This document shows, piece after piece, positions 1 to 27,903 of a stretch of DNA of 64,000 nucleotides (position 1 is its first letter; each line of letters starts with the position of its first letter). The stretch is from Eledone cirrhosa (lineage: Eukaryota), in contig OZ024752.1 in the NCBI GenBank assembly GCA_964016885.1, forward strand, positions 29,016,001 through 29,080,000. Direction: 5' to 3'. A program made the translations under genes and the position numbers. The notes beneath the pieces were generated by a model. That model saw nothing but the letters and a program-made list of their open reading frames with translations, searched no databases and had not been told where the DNA came from.

Positions 1-1439
1 ATCCACCGCCTTTCTTCCCCAAACTCCAGTATGCAAAATTAATAAAAATTAATTGCACTACTTTTCTTGCATTTTATCCCGTCTTGTATTGATTTATTAA
101 ATTCTTATAACGATGCCGTTATAATATAAGACAAATAAAAGTATCAGTAATTGATAAGATTAAATTCCTTCCTGTTCTACAAATTTGTGATTTAAAGAGT
201 CAAGTATCGATTTAATTGACTGTATAATAATCGTTTTCCTTGTACTGTACCAAAAATATAGTATATTAATTATTTCAGGAGTATTTAATTTTGTTTTGGA
301 TCCTTTTCGATTTTGTTTTAAAGATCTAATTATTTATCATAAGAAAACGTCCCAACAAAAACGCACGCGGAAAAGATTTTACAAAACAGTATTGAAGAAA
401 TTGTAATTGAGTCTAATTCAGACAGAATCGATATTTTGTTTTCCTTCTCTATTAATAACTTCTATATACAAATAGAATTCAAACTTTTTTTTTAATATAC
501 AACTTTATCTAAATTTAAATTAGTAATAAAAAAATTTCCACAAGAAATTTAACAACTTTGCACATTGATGAGTAAAAAATGTTCTGAAGGCCAAAGATGT
601 GCGAGTTAAAGTATCGAGAACAATAAAAAATACTAATCAGAAAGTGATCCGATTATTTACTTGATTTTAACATTCACTGATTATTAAAAAAAAAAAACAG
701 CCAGGAATCGTAATACTTTTTCGGCGAGTTTATTTTACTTTCCAAAATAAAAGCTGCCCTTTGTTATAGAATTTCATTGATTTTTTAGTTTTCCTGATTA
801 CATTAGCAATAATTTCTTCCAAGATGTTTTATAAACCCTTAATTACTTCCTTTTTTTAGTTTATGCTACACCAGCAATTTTGAAAAAGAAACGGTAAATA
901 TTACAAGAGGAATTATAAAATTTATATAACAAAAGTATAAAGCTAAAAATGAAGATATTTACTTGGAAAAACGATGAATGTCACATATATTTTCGCTTCG
1001 GATAGATTCCTAAGAATTGTACTTACAATGGTTTTATAAATCTCGTATTCAGTATTCGATTAAAAGATCCACGCTTGAACATCCACAAAGATGACTTGCG
1101 ACTCCTCATAGCTTCTCATTTTCGTATCGTTCAATGATGAGAGTTTATTAACAATAAAGTTTTTATTTCATCAAAATTTTATTAACATTGCTGAAAAATA
1201 TGCGTATACAAAAAATTATATTAGATAAATTCCATCATTAAAATTTCAACTCTGCATTTAGAAAACTCAAATTTTTTAAATTAATCCTCCGCCTAGTAGT
1301 GTAGTTCATATACTTTACAAAATTTTAGGGATGTGTTAAGGTTAAAAATATTTTTAATTCGAATACTTAGTTTGGCGTATAATTTATTATTGATAGAAGT
1401 AATCATAAGTATTTTACTTTGCTTTGTTTTTCGAAAAAG

Positions 1440-1704
1440 AATAACAGTTTCATAACGATGACGTAGCCACGCGGAGTAATATTTCATTTTTTCCATATCA
1501 CAGTATCCGCGCCTGGTGTTTAAGGTGCGGTACTATCGTTTTAGCGAGCACTATATTAAATCGAGTAGGATACTTAAGAACCCCTCTTAAACTAACATAT
1601 TTCCTCATTTATTTCTAAAATCAAACTAAAACCTACGATCTTTCTCCTTCCTCTGAAAACTTTTATTTACATTTTTTATCAAAAATACTCAAATATCTTA
1701 CACA
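1440..1704 (+). promoter_or_regulatory. Putative promoter/5'UTR of DDX5/17 gene
   Basis: Local CpG enrichment, TGACGTA (CRE/ATF-like) ~1458, TATA-like TATATTAAA ~1552, pyrimidine-rich initiator-like stretch ~1580-1610 upstream of ATG 1705. Confidence 0.45.
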
Positions 1705-15797
<14,093 letters not shown>

Positions 15798-15940
15798 ATT
15801 AAGCATTTTCTCACTTAGTTATTATTGTTGTACATAGATGCTCCAATATATAATTCATTTCCATTTTCACGCTGCATGTGATGTCTTTGTGCTTTTTATC
15901 TATCATTAACCAAAACAATGAACAAAAAAAAAAAAAAGAA

Positions 15941-15985
15941 ATTAAAGGATTATTTAATATCTTCGTTTTGTGTTTTTCTTATTTT
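15941..15985 (+). terminator. Candidate polyadenylation signal of DDX5/17
   Basis: ATTAAA at 15941 followed by GT/T-rich downstream element. Confidence 0.4.
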
Positions 15986-17128
15986 ACAGATATATATCTT
16001 TATTAGTTAAAACTGAAAAACAATGTTCGGTAGCAATCCAATAGGAACAGTAAAGATAATATAAACATTTAAATTAAGACCTGTTTTTAGATATTTTCTG
16101 CTGAATCATTACAGGATGTTCAGTTAAATTGGTATGGTGAGCACTTTTTGTGTCCATTTGTTGAATTTAGAAATATTGGGGTTTGAATATTGTCATTAGC
16201 TATTTGAAGCTATTTGAATCAACAGGATGGCATCTATAGAAGAAAAATTTTAAGGATGGTCATTTAAAAAGGATATATATATGGTTGATATAAAAAGATG
16301 AAGGCTGTGATTCACATTTGGCAAGTTAAACATTCTAAACGTTTCAAGATGTTTTATTGCAGACTAAATGGGGGGGCTTTTTTAAAGTTGTTACAAATGA
16401 GCTTTTCTTGCGTTAAATTCATTGGGAATATTTTAGCATTTACATTACTCTGTTTACTATAGTTTCACTGTAAACATCGAATCTACGAGATTTTGAGAAT
16501 AACAAAGTATGAGCAGTCGGTTTAAATGCTAAAGTTGATTACTATTAAACATTAAGAATTTGTCTAAAAGTAGATCTACCAATTTTTTTTTTGGTATAAA
16601 TTCTGGTTTAGAACTGAAAATTTAACTGACCTACATGGTATATGTATATTGGCAAACTTTTGATGCTTGGGAGATGAAAATTGTCTGATTTTGTTTTCAT
16701 GTATAAAAAGTTGCTTTACAAAACCTGCTGTAATTCATATTTTAGATATTCTAGTTCTAAGTGTTTCTATAATAGTAAACAAGCTTTAAATCTAGCTAGC
16801 AATGAATGAATGGTTTCAATCTAAATATTGTTCATTTTAGAATGTCAAATGGTATTTTAGTATATATGGAACATATCCACTCCATAGATTTCCAAGTTTA
16901 TAATTCCATTTGACAAGTTAAAAGATATTACATTGAAATAAACACTAGATTAGATAGCTGAAGAAAAAGAATATTAGTTGGTTCAATCCGATAGATATTG
17001 ACTTTTTATTTAAAATAGTTAAATATTGCTTTCTTATGTTTTAACATTTGCATTTTCATGGTGGCATATGTTAGATTAGTTGGAACCCTTTTAGTCACCA
17101 CTTAAGCATGCAGATTGAGGGCAAAAAT

Positions 17129-17838
17129 TACATACATACATACATACATACATATGGTGGCTGCCAACTCGTTTTCGAGTACGGCCACTATATATCCATG
17201 TAGGAGAACCCCTACCGATGCGCTGAACGAGTGGCTTTTTAGTCCAGCCAGCGACTTGAAAACTCTGGTACAAACACTACACTTGTGACAATTATTGACA
17301 CATAGTGCTGGGCCCAAGGTGTCGTGTGAGATCACTACTCGACCTGCATACCCTTCCACAAATATTACATGTCGTCGTCTGATGAACACTTATAGCTCCA
17401 CAGGTGCCTGCTTCCCTGTTTTTGTGCACTCAGGTGACTTTAGACCTGCCTTGCTCAGACAAACCCTATTACAGGTCTCACAAGTCAGGTCAGTGCCTTC
17501 AGGAAGGCCAGCATGGATTCCTTTCCGGACATATCATTTTAGTGTCGCGTGCCTTCTTGTTTCCTCAAATAGACTAGCCACTGCTTTCCTCCAATGCGGT
17601 CAGTCGCTAGCGCGTGCTCACAAGGGATGTTACTTTTCTTGAGCAGTCCTTAAAACGCATCTTGGGTTTGCTCACGTTCCTTTTTCCCATTTGGAGCTCG
17701 CCATATAGCGGCTGCTTCGGCATTCGCTTGTCATTCATCCTTACAAGATGGCTTGTCCAGCGCAACTGATGTTTCAAAATCAAGGACTCGACACTATCAC
17801 AGCCACTTCTGTCCAGAACCTTGACATCACTGACAAAC
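17129..17838 (-). mobile_element. RTE-clade LINE 3' fragment with C2H2 finger and (TATG)n tail
   Basis: QLRWTSHLVRMNDKRMPKQPLYGELQ on minus strand; HKCSVCTRVFKSLAGLKSH; similar to 35651-36446. Confidence 0.8.
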
Positions 17839-19334
17839 AGAATTAGTTATGTTGAAAATTTAGAAGCTTATTGCTTCACTGGACTACAAATCTGAGCAGT
17901 AATAAGTTTATTCACTTATTACTTATTTTTTTATCGGCCTTGAATGGATGATAGGCAAAGTTGACCTGTGATTTGAGCTGAAATGACTGCCAATTCACCA
18001 CCTATTTCTCGCATCGTTGACTTAAATGTGTGAGCCCACTCAATATTGTGGTTTACTAAAATTTATCACCTAGCTGATCTCTATCATCATCATTTAACGT
18101 GTATCTTCCACGCTACCATGGGTTTAGACGGGAACCAAAACTAGTGTGGCCGAACTTTGTTCCCCCTAGACTGTTGATAGGAAGTGAACAGCACTTGTGT
18201 ATTTCCATCTGCTAATCCTGTAGTTTTCTTGCAGATATGCAAACATAATGCACCAAATTACATCATCAGTCCTGTATATATGGTACAAAACTAATCATTC
18301 ACTGTAAATATGAAATCTTGTGATGAGGGTGACCATTTCCAAATCTCTAAAGAGAAAGATAGTCTTTGTCAAGGTTTTGAGGATTGATCTTTTTATAAAT
18401 GTCAGGGCTTTTATTAGCAAAAAGCTATGATTTTTGTCTGGTGGCTGACCTCTTGTGGTTAAACAACATATATTTTTCATTTAATTCTAGGGCGGTGCCC
18501 CAGCATGGCCTCAGCCGGATGGCTGAAACAGGTAAAAGAGATACGAAGATGAAAGAACACAATGAATTCACTTTGCATTCTCTGAATTTTATTGAAGTAT
18601 TTTTGTGGGAGAATTTGCCTTTCTCGCACTTCGAATTGGGCTATAATATATAATTTATTTTTCAACTGACAGCAAAATAGCTTGAGCATATGACAAACAA
18701 GCTGCTTTAAAAAATCGCCGAAAATCAAACTGATACTAGCAGCTGCTTAACAGTTAACTTTGAAATATCACTCACTGCGACATGTTCCCCTGCTCAACCT
18801 TGAGGCTTTCGCCATAAATCCGGGCAGCGCGCCACCTGTAACGCGGAGAACAGAAATACACCTAAATATCGGGACCTGACCAACTGCTTTCTTTTCATGT
18901 CAGTCGGTGTCTTCAATCCCAGAATACTGTTTTCCTCCGTAAATTTCGGGAAGAGTGTATCCTGCCTTCAGAAAAGAGGTAAAGTGGCTGGTTTTGTTAG
19001 ATGTTTTCCGTGGCAATACCTTCGCCATTTCCCCTGCGTGGCACATATGACATACTGCCTAAACTGGGGTGGCCTACCACTACCTCTTTTGCTATCTCTT
19101 TTTTTTTCAATTGTATTATTTTGTTTTCATTTCTATAACTATATATTTATAGAAATGAATCGATGGTTGTGTGATCAGTTAGGGTATGTCGCCAATATAT
19201 TTATTGCATTACAGTACGCACAAAAATAAAAATGAAAACGACCTGCTTAAAGTTCCGCCGTCTAGTGACCGACCAGTCTACCGGGCACTGCTGGTCACAG
19301 CATGTCGTGCTGTTTTAGCCATAAGATAACGCCA

Positions 19335-19485
19335 TCCCACTTGCTGGTACTCATTTATACAGCTGAGTAAACTGGAGCAATGTGAAATCGTGTCTTGCTC
19401 AAGGAAACAACACATCACCCGGTCCAAGAATTGAACTCAACTTTTCGATTGCAAGCCCAATGCTCTAACCACTAAGCCATGCGCC
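19335..19485 (-). mobile_element. tRNA-derived CORE-type SINE (family B), 5' part
   Basis: Reverse complement of head/core at 46583-46710. Confidence 0.8.
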
Positions 19486-20364
19486 TTCAGATATATACAG
19501 TACTATATATGAAAAATTCGGGACCCGGCGGCTGGGTTTCAACAGCTAGATCCGAACTAAAACTTTTACAATATATATCTATATAGAAATGAAAGAGGAA
19601 TTAATGTGAGCAAGAAGCCAACAGTAATTCATACATATAAGTGACTATTACGTCAAGATGGAAAATATTTAACGTAAGATATGGGAAAATAATTCAATAT
19701 CAAAAAAAAGTCAAGACAGAAATTTTATCCACAGATTTTGTGTAATCCAGGGGAAAAAAAACCAAGTCTTAACTCAGAATAAAATCAAGGGTAAATACTT
19801 ATCCTTCAATTTGGAAAAATCTACAAATGCTCTATATAGTCTTAAAAAAGACTTTCACGAAACTTTTCAGTGGGGTTAGTCACGGTTGGAGACGATCAGT
19901 AGAGCTCAACACGATAACTAAGATCACAGCTAAAATATGCCAAAAGGGAATTTAAAACAGGCTAGTTACACCTCTTGTGGAAATAAGATAATAAACACAC
20001 ATGGAGAACAGGGCTAGTGACGTCAGAATGAGACGAATGACTTTACAAGAAACAGCAGTCAAAACATTCCGAAAAAAACTCAACTAAATGTATGCAGTTC
20101 AGCATAAAGCAATATTATCGCGGTTTTTTTTTTAAAACCAATAATAGTCACAAATGATTTTAAGCACTCTAGGAAAAATTCCGAGTATAAAGAGAGATTA
20201 TTTATGTCCTGTAACTTCTGAGGGAGTCGTAGGGGCACCATATTGACATACTGCATTTCTAAATCTGGCAGAGCACATCTCTCCTGGTCTGAATACAGCA
20301 GATTTCCTTCAGTGAATAAGTTTGAGAGAATGAAAGTGAGAAGGGGATATAGAGGAATAATTGA

Positions 20365-20475
20365 TTCCAGTACTTGACTGGTACTTTTTTTTTTATCGAC
20401 CCCTTATGGATAAAAGGCAAAGTTGAACTCAGAGAACCGAAACAAATACCGCAAAGTATTCTATTCAATGTTCTA
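20365..20475 (-). mobile_element. tRNA-derived SINE (family A), diverged
   Basis: ctggtact...ttatcgacccc...ggataaaaggcaaagttgaactcag core shared with 31572-31762. Confidence 0.7.
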
Positions 20476-20579
20476 AAGTTAGCATATTTGATCTTCATGA
20501 TAATGTCATAGATTTTATATTCACTGCCGAGTCGTTTTATATTCCTAAAAACTTGTTCGTGAACTAAGGTTCCATTGTA

Positions 20580-20876
20580 CAGGTTCACAATCTTTTATCC
20601 AAAATTCTGAAAACCGAACATTTTTTTCAGGGTGTCTTTTGCACAACAAAGCTCGCGTTTGGCACCAAAACCACCCACAATCAACCTGTGTCTCAGTACT
20701 CCTACCAGTCAAACGCACGCCACCTTCTGCTCACGGCGGAAATGTTTAATTTTTGCGGCCACGAGCCGAGCAATTTACCACTGAGCTACACTGTCCCCTG
20801 TAATATTTTATCTAAAAACCTTCCATTCCGAAATGTGTCTGGTCCCAAGGTTTTCAGATAAGAGATTGTGAACCTG
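20580..20876. mobile_element. Tc1/mariner (pogo/Tigger-like) MITE
   Basis: TIRs CAGGTTCACAATC...GATTGTGAACCTG, TA target duplication; second copy at 43255-43629. Confidence 0.85.
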
Positions 20877-21275
20877 TATAATCCACAAACATGACTTTGT
20901 TAAAATCTTATCCCAGGGGTTATGATATAATTGATATGGAATGTAGATTCGATATAATATGAAATAGTTTCGCTCGACTGATTCAGTCAGTAGTCAAATT
21001 CTCTGAACAAGTGTTTTAACTGAGTATATGACGAAACTTCAGTTAAAAGTACTACGCTAGTAAGTTACATAATTTATTTCACGCTACATAACTCAACTGA
21101 ATGTTAAGTCAATCATTATACGCTAAATGTGGTTGTGTGTGTGTGTATATATACACACACACATATATATTTAAGCAAAAGGGATATTCAATTTGTTGGT
21201 AATTCAACAAATATAAATGTTTATAACTGATTCAAAGCACTTCTGGTTATGTCAATATTTATAAAACAAACTTAG

Positions 21276-21336
21276 TATTTTATCTGATGAGTGCGTACCG
21301 AAGTTTTGGTACCCTTGAAATATATATAATAGAATA
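21276..21336 (+). ncRNA. Type I hammerhead ribozyme motif
   Basis: tattttat-CTGATGA-stem II-GAAA-tatata-TA-atagaata; 8-bp stem I, palindromic stem III. Confidence 0.8.
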
Positions 21337-21577
21337 AATATGGTTTTATAAATATAGTTTCCATTTATTTAATATCATTGTATATATATAACAATAAGTA
21401 GGATCGAAGTCACTGTTGCAGCATATGTACAATCGTTTTAATATCTAACACATACACACATAACTCTTTAAAATTTACACTCAAGGCTTGTTTAACTTAT
21501 ATAACCAACTGGTTTTATGTTACACAATGCAAAAGAATTATCAGTCATTATACGCAAGATGTGTTTGTGTGTGCATA

Positions 21578-24005
21578 TCTATTATATAAATGTGAAATGG
21601 GCGAAAATTGTCTGATACAGGCAAAAGGGTAGTACCAATGCTCTGATTGTCATGAAAATGTACACCTTAATAGGTGCCGAGGAAGCGACAGGTCTACTTG
21701 GGGTCCTCTAAATTGAAAAATGTGGTCTCCCCAAAAACGGTCTTTTTCTATCGATTTTACCTCTCTATAGTTTCTTAGCTTTACTCTCTCCGTCGCTCTT
21801 TCCTCTCTTTATGATAGATCATTTTCCCCTCTCTATAATTTAACTGCTTTACTCTCTCTGTCGCTCTTCACTCCCTATATGACAACACTGCAGAGAGAGA
21901 TACAAATTAAAGTGTTAGATATTCAGAAAAGGACCATCACACTTTAGTTAACTTTCAGTAACGTGTTATATAACTTTGATCTGTCGTCGCTCACATAGCA
22001 CACATACATACACACGATACTTATATAAGCTGAGCGTCGCGTGATGTGTGTGTGTATGTATCCTTCACACCTCCCTATACTATTTAACCTAAAATACTTT
22101 TATATCCATCTCTTAGTGAAGCATTTTCAACTCATTATACGTAAACAATGACATTAATTTTTCAACTTTTCGATGGCCACATTTGTTCCAGTTACAGGGA
22201 CGCGTGCGTGAAGCGCGGGCTACTCGAGGATGATGCCCACCTGAACGTGGCGTTGACAGAGGCTGCTGAATGTAAGATGCCTCGAGAAATGAGACGTGCT
22301 ATTGTTCTGCGGCATAGGTGAGCCCCTTAAGCTTTGGGAAACGCATAAAGGCAACATGTCAGAGGACATCCTCCGTAGACTACAAGCAGAAGATCCAGCG
22401 GCTGGCTTTGCTTTCAACGACGCGGTGTTCAATGAGGCCCTCATCGACATGGACAACCATCTTAAAGCTCTTGGTGCATCTGATTTCGGTTTGCCACAAC
22501 CTCGAAACACTCACAGTGCTTTAGATGTGGAGTTCATACGTGAGTTAAATTACAACATCGACGATATGACACATCAGGTAGCTCAGGACGAACCCAGACT
22601 TTTGCATGACCAGAGACGGGCATATGACAGAATTCTCTCCAGTGTCAATTCAAATGAGGGACGGCTATTTTTCCTGGATGTTCCTGGCGGAACAGGAAAA
22701 ACTTTTCTCATCAACCTTTTGCTTGCGAAGCTACGAAAAGACAAGCGGATTGCTTTAGCGGTCGCCTCCAGTGGTATTGCGGCGACACTGTTACATGGCG
22801 GTTGTACGGCACACTCCGCATTCAAATTGCCTTTGGACATTGCAAAGAAGGAGAATCCTACATGTAGAATAGATCGTGGCGACCCTAAAGCACATCTTTC
22901 TGAGTGCTGCCTGATCATATGGGTTGAGGTTACCATGAGTAACAAGGCGGCCTTTGAGGCTCTGGATCGAACTCTCAAGGACTTGTGAGAGAGGAGAGTA
23001 AGAAACAGAGAGGCAAAGTGAACGCTGTGTTGGATACACTATGTATATGTGTCAGTGTAGAGACGTGTGTGTGTGTGTGATGTGTGTGGAAATAAGAGGG
23101 GAAGGAAAGCAATAACTATTAACATGTGTGCGTGTGTATGTACGTGCGCGTATGTTTGTGTGTGTGCATGCGTGCAGCGTTCCACAGAAAGTAAAAACTA
23201 TCAACATGTGTGAGCGTGTGTGTAAGTGTACGGGTGCGTGTGTAAGTTTGTGTGCGTCGCTTCTGATTGCCGTGGTAATACAACCTCATCATATGCTGAT
23301 TCTGGCAAAAAGGTTGGATCCTATGGCTGGCCAGGGCTAGAGTAATATTGAAAAACGATTCTATTTTCAAAGTAGAAGGATCCGCTATTTGGAGTTCAAA
23401 CCAGGCCACCTCCCCGAGTTGAACTCTAGGCAATATTGACTGTCTATTACTCAGTGGCTAAGAGACTGGAAATTACTGAATAAATTTTTGTGTCATATAA
23501 TTTGTTGTTTTATTATTATAGCTGACCACTTATAGATAAGCATGTTATCCATATCCATATTAATTTGGCATTTGTATAAACCATTTCAAGTAAATAGGGA
23601 CCTTTTTACATTGACGGACATCTTTTATATTAATTATCTATATCTATATCTACATATAATATAAAAGATTGGAACTTCCATCATCCTTTTGAGAAACGTA
23701 GAACAACCACGTCTCTGCAATGATACACGTTTTACAGCCAGGCAGAAGATGAACCATCTCCTAGAGGTCACTATTCTAGGGGGGGGGGGGGGGAGCACCT
23801 AGAATTGTTCATATACTATGCACAAACGGTACGACGAAGAATCTGGTATATCTGGAAGATTTTTTTTACTGTTTTTTTGTATCACACAGACACCACGGAC
23901 TCGCCTCATACTGTAACCAGTCAAACATCCAATACAGTCATTTTCTCTTTTACCTGTCTTCTCTTATCATCTGTTTACCCGGGCGAAGCTGGGTACGTCA
24001 GCTAG
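21578..24005 (+). mobile_element. Helitron (deleted; possibly two nested elements, second 5' end ~23649)
   Basis: A|TCTATTATATAAA 5' end, Pif1 helicase fragment, 3' GC hairpin plus CTAG|T at 23978-24006. Confidence 0.75.
22196..22988 (+). pseudogene. Helitron RepHel Pif1-like helicase fragment
   Basis: FFLDVPGGTGKTFL, VASSGIAATLL, TAHSAFKLP motifs; truncated and frameshifted. Confidence 0.9.
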
Positions 24006-24309
24006 TTATAACAATATTCAATTTGAATATTGAATGATAAAATCTATAACATGAAATATTCGTACAATAAGTTGGTGACTCTTCGAGCCACGTAAATACA
24101 AGTATAACAGAATACGATAATATAATTTGTATTGTATCTGAAAGATACAATATGACAGACAGAAATGGTGAATGTAAAATGCAAACAGTGTGAACTTATT
24201 ATGTGTGCGTGTGTGCGTATTAGTATATTTTCTTGTCTTAGAAGTAGTAGGATTCAATCAGCCAGGCGGGAATGACATGTGAGAAATTAGTGGACAGACT
24301 GGTTTTTCG

Positions 24310-25460
24310 TGAAGGGATCGTCGGTAAATACTTCCTGTCTCTGCTTCTGCCATGACGTGCTTGGACTGTTTGACGTTATTGGGGTGCAGTTTGTGCCCAA
24401 GGAGTGGCGGCTCCACCACAAGTTTGAAGGCTGTCTCCTCCACAATGGAAACAAGTTCAGGACACTGCCCCTAGCTCATTCAGTCTGCCTGAAGAAAGAT
24501 TACTACAGTGTGAAAGTGCTCTTGGAAGCTCTGCAATACAACCAATACAATTGGGAAATCATTGGAGACTTCAAGATGGTGGCTTTCCTGATTGGACTCC
24601 AAGGAGGCTTTATCAAATTCCAATGCTTGCTCTGCCTTTGGGACAGCAGAGCCACCTCTGATCACTACAAAAGAAAGAACTGGGAGCAGCGAACAGAATT
24701 TGTAGTTGGGACCCGGTATGTCATGTGGGAGTCACTGGTTGATTCCAGGATTGTGCTCATGCCGCCACTGCACATTAAGTTGGGGTTGATGAAGCAGTTT
24801 GTGAAGGCTCTCAACCAAGAATCAGCCGCTTTTAAGTTCTTGAGTTCTTGAGTTCTTCTCCAAGTTATCTGACGCCAAAATCAAAGGTGAAATTTTTGTT
24901 GGACCTCAGATAAAGAAGGTGTTTGAGTCTACTGAGTTCTCCAATAAGCTCAATAGGATTGAGAGAACAGCATAGAACTGTTTCAAGGCAGTTGTTAAGG
25001 GATTCCTGGGCAACTACAGAGCTGAAAACTACCAGAAACTGGTACAGGATCTGATAAAGGGGCTTTTGGCACCATGGGATGCAGGATGTCGCTTAAACTC
25101 CATATGCTGGACGCTCACCTTGAAAAATTCAAGGACAATATGGGCGCCTACTCAGAAGAACAACGCGAACGATTCCACCAAGATGTGAAAGAGATAGAGC
25201 GGAGGTACCAGGGCCACTACAATGAAAACATGATGGGGGATTATATCTGGGGGCTAGTGCGGGAATGCGATCGCAAATCGAGGAAATCCAGTCATTTCTG
25301 ACGTGTATAAGTTGCTTTTATAAGTGTTATTTGTTTTTACTTGTTTGCTTTTAATAAGCTTGTGTAATAAAATAAATATATACTCTGTTGATTTAATTAT
25401 ATGAAATTTAAAAAAAAATGTGTTTTATCAAACTCCGGACCACAAATCCAAACTTCTGAT
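24310..25460 (+). mobile_element. Chapaev3 (CMC superfamily) transposase fragment
   Basis: LQGGFIKFQCLLCLWDSR, PPLHIKLGLMKQFVKAL, GPQIK, KLHMLDAH, SEEQRERFHQD; stops/frameshifts. Confidence 0.8.
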
Positions 25461-25487
25461 TAAATAATAGTGTTTTTTTTTAAAATA

Positions 25488-26428
25488 ATAATTGTTTCTA
25501 CTATTGGCACAAGGCCAGCAATTATCCAGTGCATTACTGGTACTTTTAAAAATAATTGTTTCTACTATTGGCACAAGGCCAGAAAATTACCCAGTACATT
25601 ACTGGTACTTTATTTTATCGACCCCGTAAGGATGAAAGGCAAAGTTAACCTCGGCGGGATTTGAACTCAGAATGGCAAGGGCCGTAACTCTATGCGTCAA
25701 AGCATGGCGTCCGAACCTCTACCGATACTGCCAACCCACCGGTACTTTTAAAAATAATAATGGGATATAACAAACCAGGAAATAACACGTAGAACCGGAT
25801 TCAAAAAATATGTTACACGGTGTAACCTACCAACCGCGTGATGTGGTAGATTACATAACATAAAACTAGTTATATAAACGCTAGACTTTAAACTTCGCAT
25901 ACACAATTGAAAAGACTTGTCATAGAATTAAAATATTGATTTCTAATTTAGGCAAAAGGCCAACAATGTTTTTTTTTGGTGTGTGTAGTACACACTGTGT
26001 ACGTGGGGGGAGGGAGGGAAATCTGATTATATCTACCCTAATACTTGACTGGTATTTTATTTTATGGGCCCCGGAAGGATGAAAGGCAAAGTTAACCTTG
26101 GCGAGATTTAAACTCAGAACAAATACAATTACATTTGGCAGAATCGGTAGATCGTCAGACACCATGCTCTGCAGCATAGAGTTATGGCCCTTTATGTTCT
26201 GAGTTCAAATCCTGCAAAGGTTAGCTTTGCCTTCCATCCTTACGGGGTCGATCGATAAAATAAAGTACCAGTAATGCACTGGGGTAATTGCTGGCTTTGT
26301 GCCCAAAGTAGAAACAATTATTATCCGAGGTTAACTTGCCTTTCATCCTTACGGGGTCGATGAAATAAAGCACCAGTAATGCACTGAGGTAATTGCTGGC
26401 CTTGTGTCAAAAGTAGAAACAATTATTA
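25488..26428. mobile_element. Cluster of family A tRNA-SINEs (two minus-strand copies, one plus-strand copy with duplicated core/tail)
   Basis: Head TGGCAG..TCGG / GAGTTCAAATCC boxes, core gcctttcatccttacggggtcgataaaataaagtaccag, tail ccttgtgcc..aagtagaaacaattatt. Confidence 0.85.
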
Positions 26429-26749
26429 TCCGACGGTCGACCAATTCTGTCAATCCATCATACATTACTCAGTCTATCTATTAAAAAAACGGGATGTCAT
26501 GGCTGTAACGTCTTTGATCATAAGTTTGGTCCTCAGTCAAAGCTTACCTGGGGTTCAACGACAACGTCCCAGAGAAAAATATACAACTGTTTCATTTATC
26601 CTTAAAATCTTGCGTTTTATGACTAGACAGTATATAGGAGTCGATTGACAAGATCACAGACCTCATTTGCTTACCAAGTGGAGTGAAACTCGTCAAATCG
26701 GACCAAGAAAACAATGTTTCTATTGGTCTTTCCATGGCACTTGGCACTT

Positions 26750-27010
26750 CGGTAAGGCCGGATGATGGCGATGCTAAGGCGCTGAAACAACCAAGCACTC
26801 TCACAAACACAACTTGGTAAGGTCGGATGATAGCGAGGCTAAGGCGCTGAAACAACCAAGCACTATCACAAGCATCATTTGACGCCTCGGTAAGGCAAGC
26901 CTCTAACGATAACAAGAACTTCGCTGTCAGCGGCCAAGCTCCACCAAAGGTCTCGAACGCCATACCACTCACGTCCTTTTCTCTAGAAGTAGCGTGAAGG
27001 ATTACATTCA
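26750..27010 (-). mobile_element. C-terminal RLE fragment of CRE-like non-LTR element with ~66 bp tandem duplication
   Basis: AFETFGGAW...AWLFQRLSLAIIR, the typical C-terminus of CRE-clade ORFs. Confidence 0.7.
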
Positions 27011-27872
27011 CGGTAATATTAACTTTATTTTAGGAGTTATTAATAACAATATTTATCTGAACAACTAGAACCAAACTCTTGAGATGAGGTATTAACTTTT
27101 ATTACAGGTGTGAACCCTCCGCCAGGTGGAGTGGTTGTTCAAGCGCGTCTCCCTCCGGGACAATGTATTTTCCATCCTGTCGGCTGAGACGAAGAGACGG
27201 CGTGTAAGATAGTTGGAGGTGGAGGATACTCGTTCGGACGTCACACATATACATAGGTACATATAAAGATGGCATTCTTTGAACAAGAACTGAAATAGTT
27301 CAATAGGCTGGAAGCACTATTACTGTTATAAAATGATTTCTTTATTGGCCACATATGGCTCACATTAAGAAAACATTAAAGACGGCACAGGACTTTTCTG
27401 TAAAAAAAAAAAAAATTATGACAGAGACAAGACTATTAAACTAAGAAAGAGCACTTTAAAATATGTGGTTGGTTGAGAGGATCTGATTGCAAGGTGTGTG
27501 CGCACAATCTAGTTTTTCGTAATATAAATAATTGTTTCTATCGTAAACTTTGTTTGATATTTCTGCCCTGGTTATTTCAGCCAACAAAGGAAACAAAATG
27601 AGTTTGATGATTATAGTGTATACAGATATATAGCATTTGGTGAACCGTGACTATCGATTACCTACCTACGCGATTGTCTTGTTAAAATTATCACTAGCAA
27701 CAGCAGCAGCTGTAGTTATACTATTTTAGTTTATTACTGTCATAGTAGAAGAAGCCAAAAGTTCGGTGAGTACGCATTTTCAACTCAAATCTCTTTATTG
27801 GCGTTTATTTATAATTTTACTGACTGATATTCATTCACGCAAACTTCCTCTCATCTAATATAATATAATATA

Positions 27873-27903
<31 letters not shown>

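Noticed and set aside
19825-19910. Minus-strand hammerhead-like fold (GAAA-gtctt/aagac-TA, gctcta/tagagc)
   Set aside because: Core reads CTGATCG or CTGAAAA, not CTGANGA; stem II not convincing
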